Shown one piece after another: positions 27,827-37,874 of a stretch of 64,000 bases of DNA. Source of the DNA: an uncultured Enterobacteriaceae bacterium (GTDB taxonomy: Bacteria > Myxococcota_A > UBA9042); the NCBI GenBank assembly GCA_964560875.1, contig CAZLMW010000013.1, positions 12,279 through 76,278 on the forward strand, written 5' to 3'. Under the pieces are notes generated by a model. The model saw only the letters and a list, made by a program, of their open reading frames with translations. It did no database searches and was not told where the DNA came from. The position numbers and the translations under genes were made by a program. Positions within the stretch are counted from its first letter, which is position 1. Each line of letters opens with the position of its first letter.

Positions 27827-29983
27827 TCAGCGCGACAGGCGCACGCCGTTGAAGTTGACCCCGAACTCGAACATGACGCGCGTCGTTGGCCCTTGGCCGA
27901 ATGGGTCGGTGGCGATCGGTCGGTCGCTCGTCAGCCTGCCTTCCAGCCCGGCGTACAGGTAGAAGACATCGCCCTTGAGCGTTTTGCCGGCCGACCATGC
28001 GTTGTAGCCGTCGCGTTCGTCGTTTTGGGTCTTGCTGACGAAGTGGCGGTGGATCGCAAATCGCAGACCCCAGGCGCGGGGGAATGCCAGGCCTGCGTAG
28101 ATGTCGACGACGTTGGGATCGGCGGACGCGCTGCTCGTTTCGGACTCGCTGTAGAGGCCCTGCCATTTCGCGTACCGCAGGCCCGCAAGGAACGTGAACC
28201 AGGGCACGAAGGGCGCGCTCGAGGACGCGTATCCCAGCTGCACAAATGCGCCGCCGCCGAGGCTCACATCGAGGCCGCCGGAAACTGTGGACGAACGCGC
28301 TTCGAAGCCGCCGACGCTGCCGGTGAAGTGCACGACACCGCCGAGCATCCAGCCGGTCCCGGGAAAGTCGACGGTGGCTTTGGTCCCACCGGAGCCGCTA
28401 CGTCGATCTCCCTTGCGGTTGCTGGCGTTGGCGCCGTTGCGCTGGCCGGGATTGGTTTGTGCCGGGCCACTGTCGCTCGGCTGTTCGCCGGGTTGTTGAC
28501 CGGGTTGTTGTCCGCCGGCGACCGGTCGAGGTGGCTCCATAACCCCGTCTGCCGTCAAGCCAGGGGTCGTCTGAGCCGGAGTTGTCGCGACGGGCGCGGT
28601 CTGGCCAGGCTTGGCTGCCGGTTGGCTCGGCTTGGCGGGTTGCGTGGCAGCAGCGGCGACAGTTCGGGGTTTGGCCACCACGATGAGCTTTGGCAGCGCC
28701 GAATCGACCCGCAGGTGAACGCCGTTGCGCACGTAAATGAGCCCGCCTCGAACCCGATGGCCGCGCAACGCAAACTGCAGTCGATGCCAGCCCGGCGCGA
28801 GGTAGACGCGCAACGGAGAGACCTTTGTTGCTTTGCCGTCGAGCCAGCTTTGGGCCCCCGGTGGCGCGCTGACGATGTCGACCCATGCGCCCTGGCCGGC
28901 GCCCGCGGGAATTGGCGCGGCTGCGGTCGCGTTGGTCGGCCAGATGCGGATGCGATTGAAGATGTCGCCGATCGCGTTGTCGTGCAGCTTCGTCAGGTCT
29001 GCGGCTGTCGCAGCTTCGAGCGACGAGGTCCCGTCTTGTCCCATGTCGAGCGTGCGCCACAGCACCGTCTTGACCGAAAACCCGCCGCCCACGCGTCCAA
29101 CGGTGGTCCCGATGGCCCAGCGCGCGCCGAGGCTTCGCGCGATCCCCAGCTTGCAGGAGAAGTCGCAGGCGCCAGCCGTTCCGCGTGCACTGACAAAGCG
29201 ATTGAACGCCGCCACGCCGTGCACCTTGCCCACCGATGCGGCCACAGCCTCGCGATGCGCGGCTTTGAGCATGGCCGTCGCCTGCAACGCGAGATCGCCA
29301 CCCTGCACCCCATCGGGTGGCAAGACACAGACCCCGGCGAGCTTCTGTTGGGCGGCCTTCCTGCGCGCCGCGTCATCGGCGGCCTTGCGGGCCAGCGCAT
29401 CTTTGGCGGCCTTCTCGGCGGCTTTCTGCGCGGCGACTGCTGCGGCTTTCTTTTGCGCTTCGAGGGCGGCGGCACGCTGTTCGGCCTTCGCGCGACCTGC
29501 CTGGGCTTCCTTGGCGGCCTGTTCGGCCTGCCGCCGTGCGTCGTCGTCTGCTTTTCGCTTGGCTTCGAGCTGCGCCGCGATCGACACGATGTGCTCGCGT
29601 GCGTCGGTTTTTCCGTCCTCGTTGTCCGAGATCGACAGGTACAGCTCAAAGAGCCCGCGGGCCTCAGCCAGCTTGCCGCCCATCTCCTTGCAGCGCGCTG
29701 CGTTGAACACTGCGGCCACGCTCTTCGACAGCCGATAGACCTTCATGAACAGGTCGGCGGCCTCTTCGTAGCGCTTGGCGCCAAACCGCTCCTTCGCGAG
29801 CTTGTGGTAGGCCTCTGCTTCGCCCAGCTGCTTGCGCGATGGTCGGCGCGCGTAGGCGTTGGTCGGCTGGAGCGAGGCAAGACCGAACGCCACGACCAAA
29901 GCTGCGCAGACCACCGAAGCGATCGCATCAACGGAAGTGAAGCGGGCCATCTGGCGGCGCGGCGGTCGGAAAGGGGCATTCAT
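27827..29983 (-). CDS. Multidomain envelope protein: TPR-like region, Ala/Lys-rich coiled coil, PEGA domain, Pro/Gln-rich linker, C-terminal beta-rich domain
   Basis: TPR-like EAEAYHKLAKERFGAKRYEEAADLFMKVY. AKKAAE-type coiled coil. PEGA-like WVDIVSAPPGAQSWLDGKATKVSPLRVYLAPGWHRLQF. Start uncertain (M49 or M60 of the ORF ending at 30127). Confidence 0.7.
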   Translation of the reverse strand: MNAPFRPPRRQMARFTSVDAIASVVCAALVVAFGLASLQPTNAYARRPSRKQLGEAEAYHKLAKERFGAKRYEEAADLFMKVYRLSKSVAAVFNAARCKEMGGKLAEARGLFELYLSISDNEDGKTDAREHIVSIAAQLEAKRKADDDARRQAEQAAKEAQAGRAKAEQRAAALEAQKKAAAVAAQKAAEKAAKDALARKAADDAARRKAAQQKLAGVCVLPPDGVQGGDLALQATAMLKAAHREAVAASVGKVHGVAAFNRFVSARGTAGACDFSCKLGIARSLGARWAIGTTVGRVGGGFSVKTVLWRTLDMGQDGTSSLEAATAADLTKLHDNAIGDIFNRIRIWPTNATAAAPIPAGAGQGAWVDIVSAPPGAQSWLDGKATKVSPLRVYLAPGWHRLQFALRGHRVRGGLIYVRNGVHLRVDSALPKLIVVAKPRTVAAAATQPAKPSQPAAKPGQTAPVATTPAQTTPGLTADGVMEPPRPVAGGQQPGQQPGEQPSDSGPAQTNPGQRNGANASNRKGDRRSGSGGTKATVDFPGTGWMLGGVVHFTGSVGGFEARSSTVSGGLDVSLGGGAFVQLGYASSSAPFVPWFTFLAGLRYAKWQGLYSESETSSASADPNVVDIYAGLAFPRAWGLRFAIHRHFVSKTQNDERDGYNAWSAGKTLKGDVFYLYAGLEGRLTSDRPIATDPFGQGPTTRVMFEFGVNFNGVRLSR

Positions 29984-30125
29984 CACGACGGGTGCAGCAT
30001 AGTAAGCACGCGCAAAACGACAACTCCCGGCCGCGATCCATTCGCCGCGCCGTCCCGATCCGTGGACACGCAACGCGTCTGCATTCATGCTGACGAGCGC
30101 GCCGCGCGGAGGATCGACCCGCCCC

Positions 30126-32387
30126 ATGAACGGCTCCCGTCCCGATCGGTTGCGCGACGTTCGCGCGTTCGTGCCGGTTCATGCTCGCTGGCGGCTGGCA
30201 GACCAGGGCGCGATCCCGTCAGCTCGCCACCAAGACCAGATCGACGCCGCCGCCGTGTGCATCGAAGTCAATGGCTGGACGGCATTGGTCCGGCGTGCTT
30301 GTGCCGATCCGACGATCGTGGTCGAAACCGCCCAACGCATCGAATCCGCAACCGCCCAGCTGGTTTCCGCGGTCGCTTCCGAGGGCGGCGACATCATTCA
30401 CCTGTGCGCCGGACGAATCGTCGCTCTGTGGCGCGACGAGACCTGGGCTCTTGCCGTCGCTCGGGCGACCAGCGGCGCGCTGTCGGCGCTCGAAAAACTG
30501 GGTGAGGCCAGCCACACAGCAGGCACCAAGCTCGTCGGTCGCGCCACGGTCAGCGCTGGGGAAGTTGCCCTCAACACGGTCGGCGGCGCCGGCGACCATT
30601 GGCTGTGCGCGATCACCGGTGCACCGATCGCCGAGCTGGTCGATCCCGCACAACGAGCCCGTGACGGCGAGGTGCTTCTGCGCGCGTCGGCTGCGGCTCA
30701 CATCGGCGATATCGTGCGCGGCGATCCCCTGCCAGGTGGCGCGCTGCGCGTCGTCGAACTCGCTCCTCGGCCTCGGCGCGAGGCCCTTCACGGCCCGACA
30801 ATGGTCGGCGGTGAGGCGCGATCGCTGCTCCGGTTCGTTCATCCGCTGGTCGCGCGCGCACTCGACGATGGTCGCCTCCCTGAGCCGATCGCCCGCGAAA
30901 GCACCGTCGTCGCGGTCCGCCTCATCGACCTGCGTCCCGACACCGATGTCGGTGCGCTGCAGCGCGTTGTGGCCGATCTCCAACGGCAGGCTCAACGCCT
31001 CGGAGGCACGGTCTTGCGGGTCCGCATCGAGGCCGACGGCGCCTACCTCGCGGCTGAATTCGACGGCCCGCATCGCGATGAGACAACGGCCATGGCGGTG
31101 CTCGCTGCCCGCGCTATGCTTGGCGTCCCGGGCCTCAAATCGCGCTGCAACGCTGCGGTAGCAACCGGTCCGGCCATGCGCCTGGTCGTCGGGAGCCGCT
31201 CGCGCCGTGCGTTGACCCAGCTCGGTGGTTTGCTGCGCCGGGCGATCGCGATGACACGACACGACGATGGGCTCGTAGTTGATGCCGCCACAGAAGGCGC
31301 CGCATCTACGTGGCTGCGCTTTGAGCGGCGCCCGGACATGCAGATGGGCGGCCTCTTCGAACGCTTCGAAACCCACCGGTTGCTCGGTCGCAAGACCCCG
31401 CCAACGGCGGACCTGCCGCTGCCCCCAGAACCCGCAACAGCCGACGCGATCGCGGCCATGCTCGCCGACGTCGCCGATCGCAATGGGCGCTTCTCAGCCT
31501 TCGCGGTCGAGGAGGGCGCCGAACTCGATGTGACCGCCCAGCTTCGCGCCGCACTCGAAGCCGGCGGCGCGGAGTTTGTCAGCAGCTACTGCGTCTTCGC
31601 CGACCGTTTCGCGCCTTTCGGGGCGTGGCGAAGGTTGTATCGGACGTGGATTGTCGAGTCCGAAACCGGCTCCCAATATGCCGAGTTGGCCACACGCGAC
31701 GGGCCGGCAACACACGACGGGCCGGCGTTGACGGCTTGGTGGCTTGGCCGGCTCCGTATGCGATGCGAACTACGCCCCCTCGTCGTGGTGTTCACCAACG
31801 GCCTGGCGATGGATAGCGCCTCATGGCAGCTGGCCCGTGGCCTCACCTCGTGGCTCGACGGGTTGCAGATCATCGTCACCGGCCCGGCCGACTCTCCCGA
31901 CAGACCGCGCCGCTGGCTGACCGAGGCGTCCGATATCAACGAGGCATCGGACCGCTGGCGTGGCATCGCCGCTGCCGGTCATCCCCACGCGGGTCCCCCC
32001 GAAAAGTGGCCCGAAATGGCTGATAAAGCGCTCATCGCCGGTGCGCACATCGAAGCCCTCGAGCTCCTGCGCGCAGCCGTCGACCGATTCGAGCGCGCCG
32101 GGCACCGGTCCGAGCTGGCCGACGCCTCTCTGCGCCTGGCCGACGCGCTCGAAACGCTGGGCCGCCCCGACGAATCCCTCGCGGTTTGCCAGGCCGCCCT
32201 GGACGCGCTCGGTCGCAATGTCATGTCCGGACAGAGCACGCCGCGAAGGTTGCTCCGCATCACCGATCGCATCACCAAGATGAGCGGCAACGAACACACG
32301 CGTCGCGAAGAAGCCCTCGCCGCGCGGTTGCAACAGCGCATCGCCGCGTCGCACGATTTGCCGCAACCCTCTCGAGGCCGCCGATGA
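30126..32387 (+). CDS. Degenerate class III nucleotide-cyclase-like (pseudo-cyclase) tandem domains plus TPR-like C-terminal region
   Basis: Two to three CHD-like segments with degraded catalytic motifs (e.g. VGRATVSAGEVALNTVGGAGDHWLCAITGAPIAEL in place of the GDxVNxAARLE motif). TPR-like helices at the C-terminus. Stop overlaps the start of the histidine kinase as ATGA. N-terminal start uncertain (30087 or 30126). Confidence 0.6.
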   Translation: MNGSRPDRLRDVRAFVPVHARWRLADQGAIPSARHQDQIDAAAVCIEVNGWTALVRRACADPTIVVETAQRIESATAQLVSAVASEGGDIIHLCAGRIVALWRDETWALAVARATSGALSALEKLGEASHTAGTKLVGRATVSAGEVALNTVGGAGDHWLCAITGAPIAELVDPAQRARDGEVLLRASAAAHIGDIVRGDPLPGGALRVVELAPRPRREALHGPTMVGGEARSLLRFVHPLVARALDDGRLPEPIARESTVVAVRLIDLRPDTDVGALQRVVADLQRQAQRLGGTVLRVRIEADGAYLAAEFDGPHRDETTAMAVLAARAMLGVPGLKSRCNAAVATGPAMRLVVGSRSRRALTQLGGLLRRAIAMTRHDDGLVVDAATEGAASTWLRFERRPDMQMGGLFERFETHRLLGRKTPPTADLPLPPEPATADAIAAMLADVADRNGRFSAFAVEEGAELDVTAQLRAALEAGGAEFVSSYCVFADRFAPFGAWRRLYRTWIVESETGSQYAELATRDGPATHDGPALTAWWLGRLRMRCELRPLVVVFTNGLAMDSASWQLARGLTSWLDGLQIIVTGPADSPDRPRRWLTEASDINEASDRWRGIAAAGHPHAGPPEKWPEMADKALIAGAHIEALELLRAAVDRFERAGHRSELADASLRLADALETLGRPDESLAVCQAALDALGRNVMSGQSTPRRLLRITDRITKMSGNEHTRREEALAARLQQRIAASHDLPQPSRGRR

Positions 32388-33421
32388 ATCGACTCCTGCG
32401 TCGCCAGCTCAAGAAACACCTCCAGATCCGCGATCCAGAAGCCATCCCGGCCGACCTGCAGCGATTCGTCGACGCCATCAACGAGGCCTACGACGGCGCC
32501 GATGCCCACATCGCCCGCACCCAGCGGTCGCTCGAGTTGGCGTCCGACGAACTGCTGCAACGCAATCACGCGCTGCAGGAACAGAAGCAGCAACTCGAAA
32601 CCACGCTGGCCAAGCTCGAACAAACCCAAGCGCAGCTCATCGCAAATGAAAAACTCGCGTCCCTCGGTGCCCTGACGGCCGGCATCGCCCACGAGATCAA
32701 GAACCCGCTCAACTTCATCAACAACTTCGCGGATCTCATCGTCGAACTCGCCCAGGAGGCGCACGAGATCATCAGCGAGTCGGGCGACGAGGTCAGCGGT
32801 GAGACGCTCGAAGAGGTCCTCGAGCTCTTCGAAATGATGAGTGGCAACGCCGAGAAGATCGCCCACCACGGCCGGCGCGCCGACGGTGTCGTCCGGGGCA
32901 TGCTCGATCACTCGCGCGGCACCTCGGGGGAACGCGAACCGACGGATATCAATACGTTGCTCGAGGAGTACGTGAGCTTGGCGTTTCACGGCATGCGCGC
33001 TAAGGAACCCTCGTTCAACATCACGTTGCAGTGCGAGTACGGAGAGAATCTGCCGCGTATCAATGCGGTCAATCGCGACCTCAGCCGAGCCTTTCTCAAC
33101 ATCATCAACAACGGCATGTACGCGACCCACAAGAGGCGCCAGAAAGCCGCTCCCGACTATGCTCCCGCCCTCTCCGTGCAAACCGAACGAACCGGCGATG
33201 CCGTGCGCATCCAGATCTCTGACAACGGCCGAGGAATGCCCGAGAATGTGCTGAGTCGTATCTTCGAACCGTTCTTCACGACCAAGCCAACAGGCGAAGG
33301 AACCGGTTTGGGATTGTCGATTACGCACGATATTATTGCGCAACAGCACGGCGGCGCGATCGACGTGCAAAGCGAACCTGGCGTGGGAACAACCTTCACG
33401 TTGACGCTCCCGTCGTCGTAG
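32384..33421 (+). CDS. Soluble sensor histidine kinase (HisKA + HATPase_c, no TM segments)
   Basis: H-box LASLGALTAGIAHEIKNPLNFI. N, G1 and G2 boxes (NIINNGMYAT, DNGRGMP, GEGTGLGLSI). N-terminal coiled coil. ATGA overlap with the upstream gene. Confidence 0.9.
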   Translation: MNRLLRRQLKKHLQIRDPEAIPADLQRFVDAINEAYDGADAHIARTQRSLELASDELLQRNHALQEQKQQLETTLAKLEQTQAQLIANEKLASLGALTAGIAHEIKNPLNFINNFADLIVELAQEAHEIISESGDEVSGETLEEVLELFEMMSGNAEKIAHHGRRADGVVRGMLDHSRGTSGEREPTDINTLLEEYVSLAFHGMRAKEPSFNITLQCEYGENLPRINAVNRDLSRAFLNIINNGMYATHKRRQKAAPDYAPALSVQTERTGDAVRIQISDNGRGMPENVLSRIFEPFFTTKPTGEGTGLGLSITHDIIAQQHGGAIDVQSEPGVGTTFTLTLPSS

Positions 33422-33454
33422 CATCGCCCCAAAACCAGACCAGGATTGCCCCAC

Positions 33455-35242
33455 ATGACGCTCGCCCGTCGCATTCTCATCGTGGACAACGAGCCACACA
33501 TCGAGCCCCTGTGCACGCAGCGGTTTCGCCGAGAACTGCGCAAGGGACTGGTGCAACTCCACTTCGCATTTGATGCCGAACAAGCGATCGAAGCGCTCAC
33601 CCAGCCGCCTACGTTCGACATTGTCGTCATCCTTTCGGACATCAACTTGCCGGGCATCAGCGGCTTGGAGCTGCTCGAATTCGTCAAGGGCGCCCAGCCC
33701 AACATGCCGGTGTTCTTGCTCAACGAACAAGCCGATCGAGCCGACGCTGCCCGTGCACTCGGCGTCGCAGGTTTGATCGACAAGCCGCTGGATTTTTCGG
33801 CGTTCAAGAGCCTCATCCTCGCTACGGCGGTGCGGCTGCCGATGGTCGAAGGCGGCCACGAGCGTCCCAAGCGCTCCACAATTCGGCGCAGCATCGGCAT
33901 GCGGCGGCTCAAGAAGCGAAAACGCGGCGCTTTCGCGACCACCCAGGAGCTGCGGGACCTGCGCTTGCGGATGGAGCAAAACCGCATCAAGCGCGACACC
34001 GCCCGGCACTCGATGCAGATGGTCCGCGAGGCCTTCGACACCCCAATCGACCAGCCCGCCTCCGCGGCGCCAGCGGCCGTCATTCGAGCAGCCAGTGCGG
34101 CCGATCCCAGCCCGGCCAGCATCCCGGCGACACACACATCCGGGACCGCCGACTCTTCCGACGAAGAGGCGGGCGAGCTGGTCGAAGAACAGGCTGCCGT
34201 AGTCTTGGTCGTCGATGATGAGACCGACGTCGAGCGCCTGATTCGCCAGAAATTCCGCCGTCGCATCCGCAGCGGAGAGCTGCTGTTTCACTTCGCGCAC
34301 AACGGCGCCGAGGGCCTCGAGCTCGTTCAGCAAACGCCCGAGATCGAGATGGTGCTGTCCGACATCAACATGCCGGTCATGGACGGCATCACGATGGTCG
34401 AGAAAATCCACGCCATCAAACCCAAGATCAAGTGCGTGATCGTCAGCGCATACGGCGACATGCGCAATATCCGGGCAGCCATGAACCGCGGCGCCTTCGA
34501 TTTCCTGACCAAGCCGATCCAGTTCGACGACCTGGCCATCACGATGGACAAGACGCTCGATGTCGTGCGCACCGAAAAAGAGCGCGACCGGGCGATGCGC
34601 GACAACGAGATCCTGCGCATGTACGTCGACGACAGCGTGCTCAGCTACCACAAGGTCGAAGATGCCCAGCTGCGCCAAGGCGGCATCAAAGTCGAGGGCA
34701 CCGTTTGTTTCATCGACATCTGCGGGTTCACAACGCTCTGTGAGACCCACGAACCCGGCCGCGTCTTCGCACTCCTCAACCACTACTTCGACGAGATTGT
34801 CGCCGAAATCACCGCGGCCAATGGCTGGGTCGATAAATTCGTCGGCGACGCGGTCATGGCCGTATTCCGCGGCGAACATCACCGACTCCGCGCTGTCGAA
34901 GCGGCTCTTCGGGCCCGGACAAGGATCCAGAATATCCAGACGGCGACGCAAGAGGATTTCGGCTTTTCGCCCAATGTTTCCATCGGTTTGCACAGCGGCG
35001 AAATGGTCGCGGGCAACCTCGGCAGCAGCAACCTGAACCGCTACGACTTCTCGGTCATCGGCGACGCCGTCAACACCGCTGCGCGCCTCGAGAGCAAAGC
35101 CAAGGCCGGCGAGATCCTCATCAGCGCGCCCGTCGCCAACGTGGTCGGCTGCCGCTATTACCTGGTCGAAAAGGGCCCGTTGCCGCTCAAAGGTAAGCGC
35201 GAGCCGATGCCGACCTTCAACGTGCTCACCACGCGCGACTGA
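33455..35242 (+). CDS. Response regulator with two REC domains fused to a class III adenylate/guanylate cyclase domain
   Basis: REC1 (ILIVDNEP...LSDINLPGISG), REC2 (VLVVDDETD...LSDINMPVMDG). CHD with FIDICGFT, KFVGDAVMAVF, SVIGDAVNTAARLE. Confidence 0.9.
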   Translation: MTLARRILIVDNEPHIEPLCTQRFRRELRKGLVQLHFAFDAEQAIEALTQPPTFDIVVILSDINLPGISGLELLEFVKGAQPNMPVFLLNEQADRADAARALGVAGLIDKPLDFSAFKSLILATAVRLPMVEGGHERPKRSTIRRSIGMRRLKKRKRGAFATTQELRDLRLRMEQNRIKRDTARHSMQMVREAFDTPIDQPASAAPAAVIRAASAADPSPASIPATHTSGTADSSDEEAGELVEEQAAVVLVVDDETDVERLIRQKFRRRIRSGELLFHFAHNGAEGLELVQQTPEIEMVLSDINMPVMDGITMVEKIHAIKPKIKCVIVSAYGDMRNIRAAMNRGAFDFLTKPIQFDDLAITMDKTLDVVRTEKERDRAMRDNEILRMYVDDSVLSYHKVEDAQLRQGGIKVEGTVCFIDICGFTTLCETHEPGRVFALLNHYFDEIVAEITAANGWVDKFVGDAVMAVFRGEHHRLRAVEAALRARTRIQNIQTATQEDFGFSPNVSIGLHSGEMVAGNLGSSNLNRYDFSVIGDAVNTAARLESKAKAGEILISAPVANVVGCRYYLVEKGPLPLKGKREPMPTFNVLTTRD

Positions 35243-35264
35243 TCGGTTCGTCCGCTGGCTCTGA

Positions 35265-36767
35265 TCAGTCTGTTCGCAGGCTCTGCACGCCGTCGCCGAG
35301 CGTCCGGTAGATGGTGCGCCGGACCGAGCTCGGCTTGCGACCCAAGGCTGCTGCCGCCATTTGCGCGAACCGCTTGATATTGCCGTCAGCTTCGAAGCGA
35401 ATGGCCGCGGCGAGCGCGTCGGCATCGGCCAGCAGACCCTTGTACCGAACGGCTTCGGCGGCAAGCTGCACCGGGTCGATGATCGCGTGACCGCCGCTGT
35501 CGATAACCTCGGGCACCGATCCGTAGCCGCGCTTTGCGGGTGTGCCGACAGCCACGGGATCTACGCGCGCTTGTCGAACGCGGGCGGACAGCGCCTCTTC
35601 GAGCGGTGGGATCGGTCCTGTGATCGCGTCGTCGCGGCGGGCGCGCATTGCGTCGCCGAGAGCACGGGCCTCGTCGCGTAGTTCGCGCACATTGCCCGGC
35701 CAATCGTAGTGCAGACATGCCTCGATCAGGTCGGCGGCATGCCACGCCCAGCGGCTTTGCAGGCGCACGATGCCAGCAAGAGGCACAGCGCCGGCGTCCT
35801 CGAGGAAGTGTTCGAGAAGCGGCACGACATCCAGCCGCCGTTGCCGCAGGGGCGGCACGTCGATGACCGTATGCGCCAAACGCCAGTACAGGTCGTCGCG
35901 AAAAGCCTTGCCGTGGACCATGGCGCGCAGGTCGCGATGGGTGGCTGTCAACAACCGAACTTTGCAGCGGTGCGGACGCGCATCGCCGATTCGATGCACC
36001 TCGCCGGACTCGACCGCGCGGAGCAGTTTCGCCTGCGTGGGCAAGGCCATCTCGCCGATCTCATCCAACAAGAGCGTGCCGTCCGCAGCCGCGTCGAACG
36101 CCCCCACCTGGTCGGTCGTCGCCCCGGAAAACGCGCCCTTTCGATGCCCAAACAGCTGACTTTCGGCCAGGCTTTGCACGATCGCGGCCATGTTGACGCC
36201 CAGGAACGGCCCACGAACGGCTCCCGCGGTGTGCAATGCCCGCGCGACCACCTCTTTGCCAGCTCCAGATTCGCCGCGGATATGCAACGGGTTGCGTCCG
36301 CGGGCGAAACGGATGACCTGGTCTCGCAGCCGCGCGATCGACGCCGAATGACCCACCAGTCCGAGGTCGTCACTGAACTCCAGGCAGCCGCGATCGAAAA
36401 CCGCGACGGTCGCCCCTGCTCGAATGACGTCGCCGAGCGCGAGCTGGCACCGATGCTGCGAGATGCCCGCGACGAACGTGCCGTTGCGCGTCTGCCGGTC
36501 TTCGAGCCACCAGGGGCCACATGCAAGGTCGCTGCCCTTGGCCACACCGATGCTGAAATGGTCGCGCGACAACCAGTCGTCGTTGATCTGCTCGGAGACC
36601 GCTTCACCGCGGCCGCATTGAATGCCGTCTTTCGCCAGCGGGATGACCGTGCCGATGCGCTCGTGGTCCGGTGAGCTCACGATCCACAGCCCCAGCGTCG
36701 TGGGCGTGGCCTGGCGCCGCTTGGGCGGGCTCGGTGGGCGAATGGTGTCTTCGTCGCGGCGTTTCAT
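35265..36767 (-). CDS. Sigma-54-dependent transcriptional activator with N-terminal FHA domain
   Basis: FHA ([12 protein letters not shown]...SRDH...NGTFVAG). AAA+ sigma-54 interaction domain ([22 protein letters not shown] = GAFTGA-like). C-terminal HTH-like tail. Confidence 0.9.
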   Translation of the reverse strand: MKRRDEDTIRPPSPPKRRQATPTTLGLWIVSSPDHERIGTVIPLAKDGIQCGRGEAVSEQINDDWLSRDHFSIGVAKGSDLACGPWWLEDRQTRNGTFVAGISQHRCQLALGDVIRAGATVAVFDRGCLEFSDDLGLVGHSASIARLRDQVIRFARGRNPLHIRGESGAGKEVVARALHTAGAVRGPFLGVNMAAIVQSLAESQLFGHRKGAFSGATTDQVGAFDAAADGTLLLDEIGEMALPTQAKLLRAVESGEVHRIGDARPHRCKVRLLTATHRDLRAMVHGKAFRDDLYWRLAHTVIDVPPLRQRRLDVVPLLEHFLEDAGAVPLAGIVRLQSRWAWHAADLIEACLHYDWPGNVRELRDEARALGDAMRARRDDAITGPIPPLEEALSARVRQARVDPVAVGTPAKRGYGSVPEVIDSGGHAIIDPVQLAAEAVRYKGLLADADALAAAIRFEADGNIKRFAQMAAAALGRKPSSVRRTIYRTLGDGVQSLRTD

Positions 36768-37217
36768 CTCGGCCGAGGATAGCCCGTCTTCGGCATCTTG
36801 CTACCGACGGCGCGACACCTTCCCTCCGTGACGACAACGCCGGGCCAAAAGCACCGAGAGGCCGGACCGCCACCCTGTGTGACGGCTCCGACCTTCGGTT
36901 GACGCGGGTTCTTGGATCTGGCGCGTGGCCGGGATCAGCGCTTTTGAGGAGTCGTGACCTTGTCGGCGTCGTCGGCGTCGATCACGTCGGTTTCAGCTTC
37001 CTCCGGGCGGCGCGGGCTGGCCGCTTGGTGGGGACATGTTTCAAGGTGCGTGCCGAACCTCTCCGACATGATCAGAAAACGTTGAATATCAGCTCGTTAA
37101 AGACGGTTGGTCGGGCGCTCCAAAGAGCTCGTCACGGCCTCGTGCACACGGTTTGCGCATGTGCTCGGTGTGACAAAGATGTGCGTGTTGTGACGAGGAC
37201 GTGTTGACAAACGCGGG

Positions 37218-37865
37218 TCAACCCTGGTTGCGACGCGCTGCGAAGAGGGTTGTCCAGCCGCGGCCGCGCACGTCGATGGGCCGCCAGCCGGCGTCTTGGA
37301 GCCATTGTCGCAGCTGCTGGGGATCGATGACGTTGTGGCCGAGCAGCTTGCACATTCGGCGCTGCAGTCGGGAGCCGGTCGCGCGCGGGACGAGCCCGAT
37401 CAGCGGCGCACCCGGGGCAGTACACCGAGCAAACTCAGCGATGACGCGCACCGGATCGGAGACCAGCGAGAGCCCGCCGAAGCATACGATGCCGCCGACC
37501 CGTGCGTCCTCGAACGGCAGGTCGGAGATGTCGCCGAGAACATAGCGTATGCCGGGGTTGGCGCCGTGATGCGTCGCGCGCTCGATAGCCAATGGATCGA
37601 GATCGACACCCACGACGCGGTCTGGGCCATGCCGTTGCGCCACGAGGCGTCCATGGTCCCCGCCGCCACATGCCGCGTCGACGATGGTCCCGGCCACCGG
37701 CTCAAACCAGCGGAGCATGAACGCGTGCTCTTCCGCGAAGGAGTAGCCGTCGACCGCGGCCACCAAGCGGGGACGCACTGTCGACTCCCACTGGCTTTTG
37801 ACGTGGTGCCTCGGCGAGCTGCTCGCGGCTTCATCGGGGGGCGGATCGGGCTTCCACAGAGGCAT
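37218..37865 (-). CDS. Class I SAM-dependent methyltransferase
   Basis: Motif I VDAACGGGDHG, motif II/post-I VVGVDLDP, acidic DISDLPFED motif. Confidence 0.85.
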   Translation of the reverse strand: MPLWKPDPPPDEAASSSPRHHVKSQWESTVRPRLVAAVDGYSFAEEHAFMLRWFEPVAGTIVDAACGGGDHGRLVAQRHGPDRVVGVDLDPLAIERATHHGANPGIRYVLGDISDLPFEDARVGGIVCFGGLSLVSDPVRVIAEFARCTAPGAPLIGLVPRATGSRLQRRMCKLLGHNVIDPQQLRQWLQDAGWRPIDVRGRGWTTLFAARRNQG

Positions 37866-37874
37866 CGCGCCGGC

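Noticed and set aside
30040-30090. Sigma-54-like TGGACACGCAACGCGTCTGCA upstream of the pseudo-cyclase gene
   Set aside because: The GG-to-GC spacing is 17 nt instead of the canonical 12, and the -24 element is TGGACA rather than TGGCAC.
31979-35464. 1161-aa ORF antisense across the histidine kinase and REC-REC-cyclase genes
   Set aside because: Shadow ORF of two genes with strong domain signatures on the + strand.
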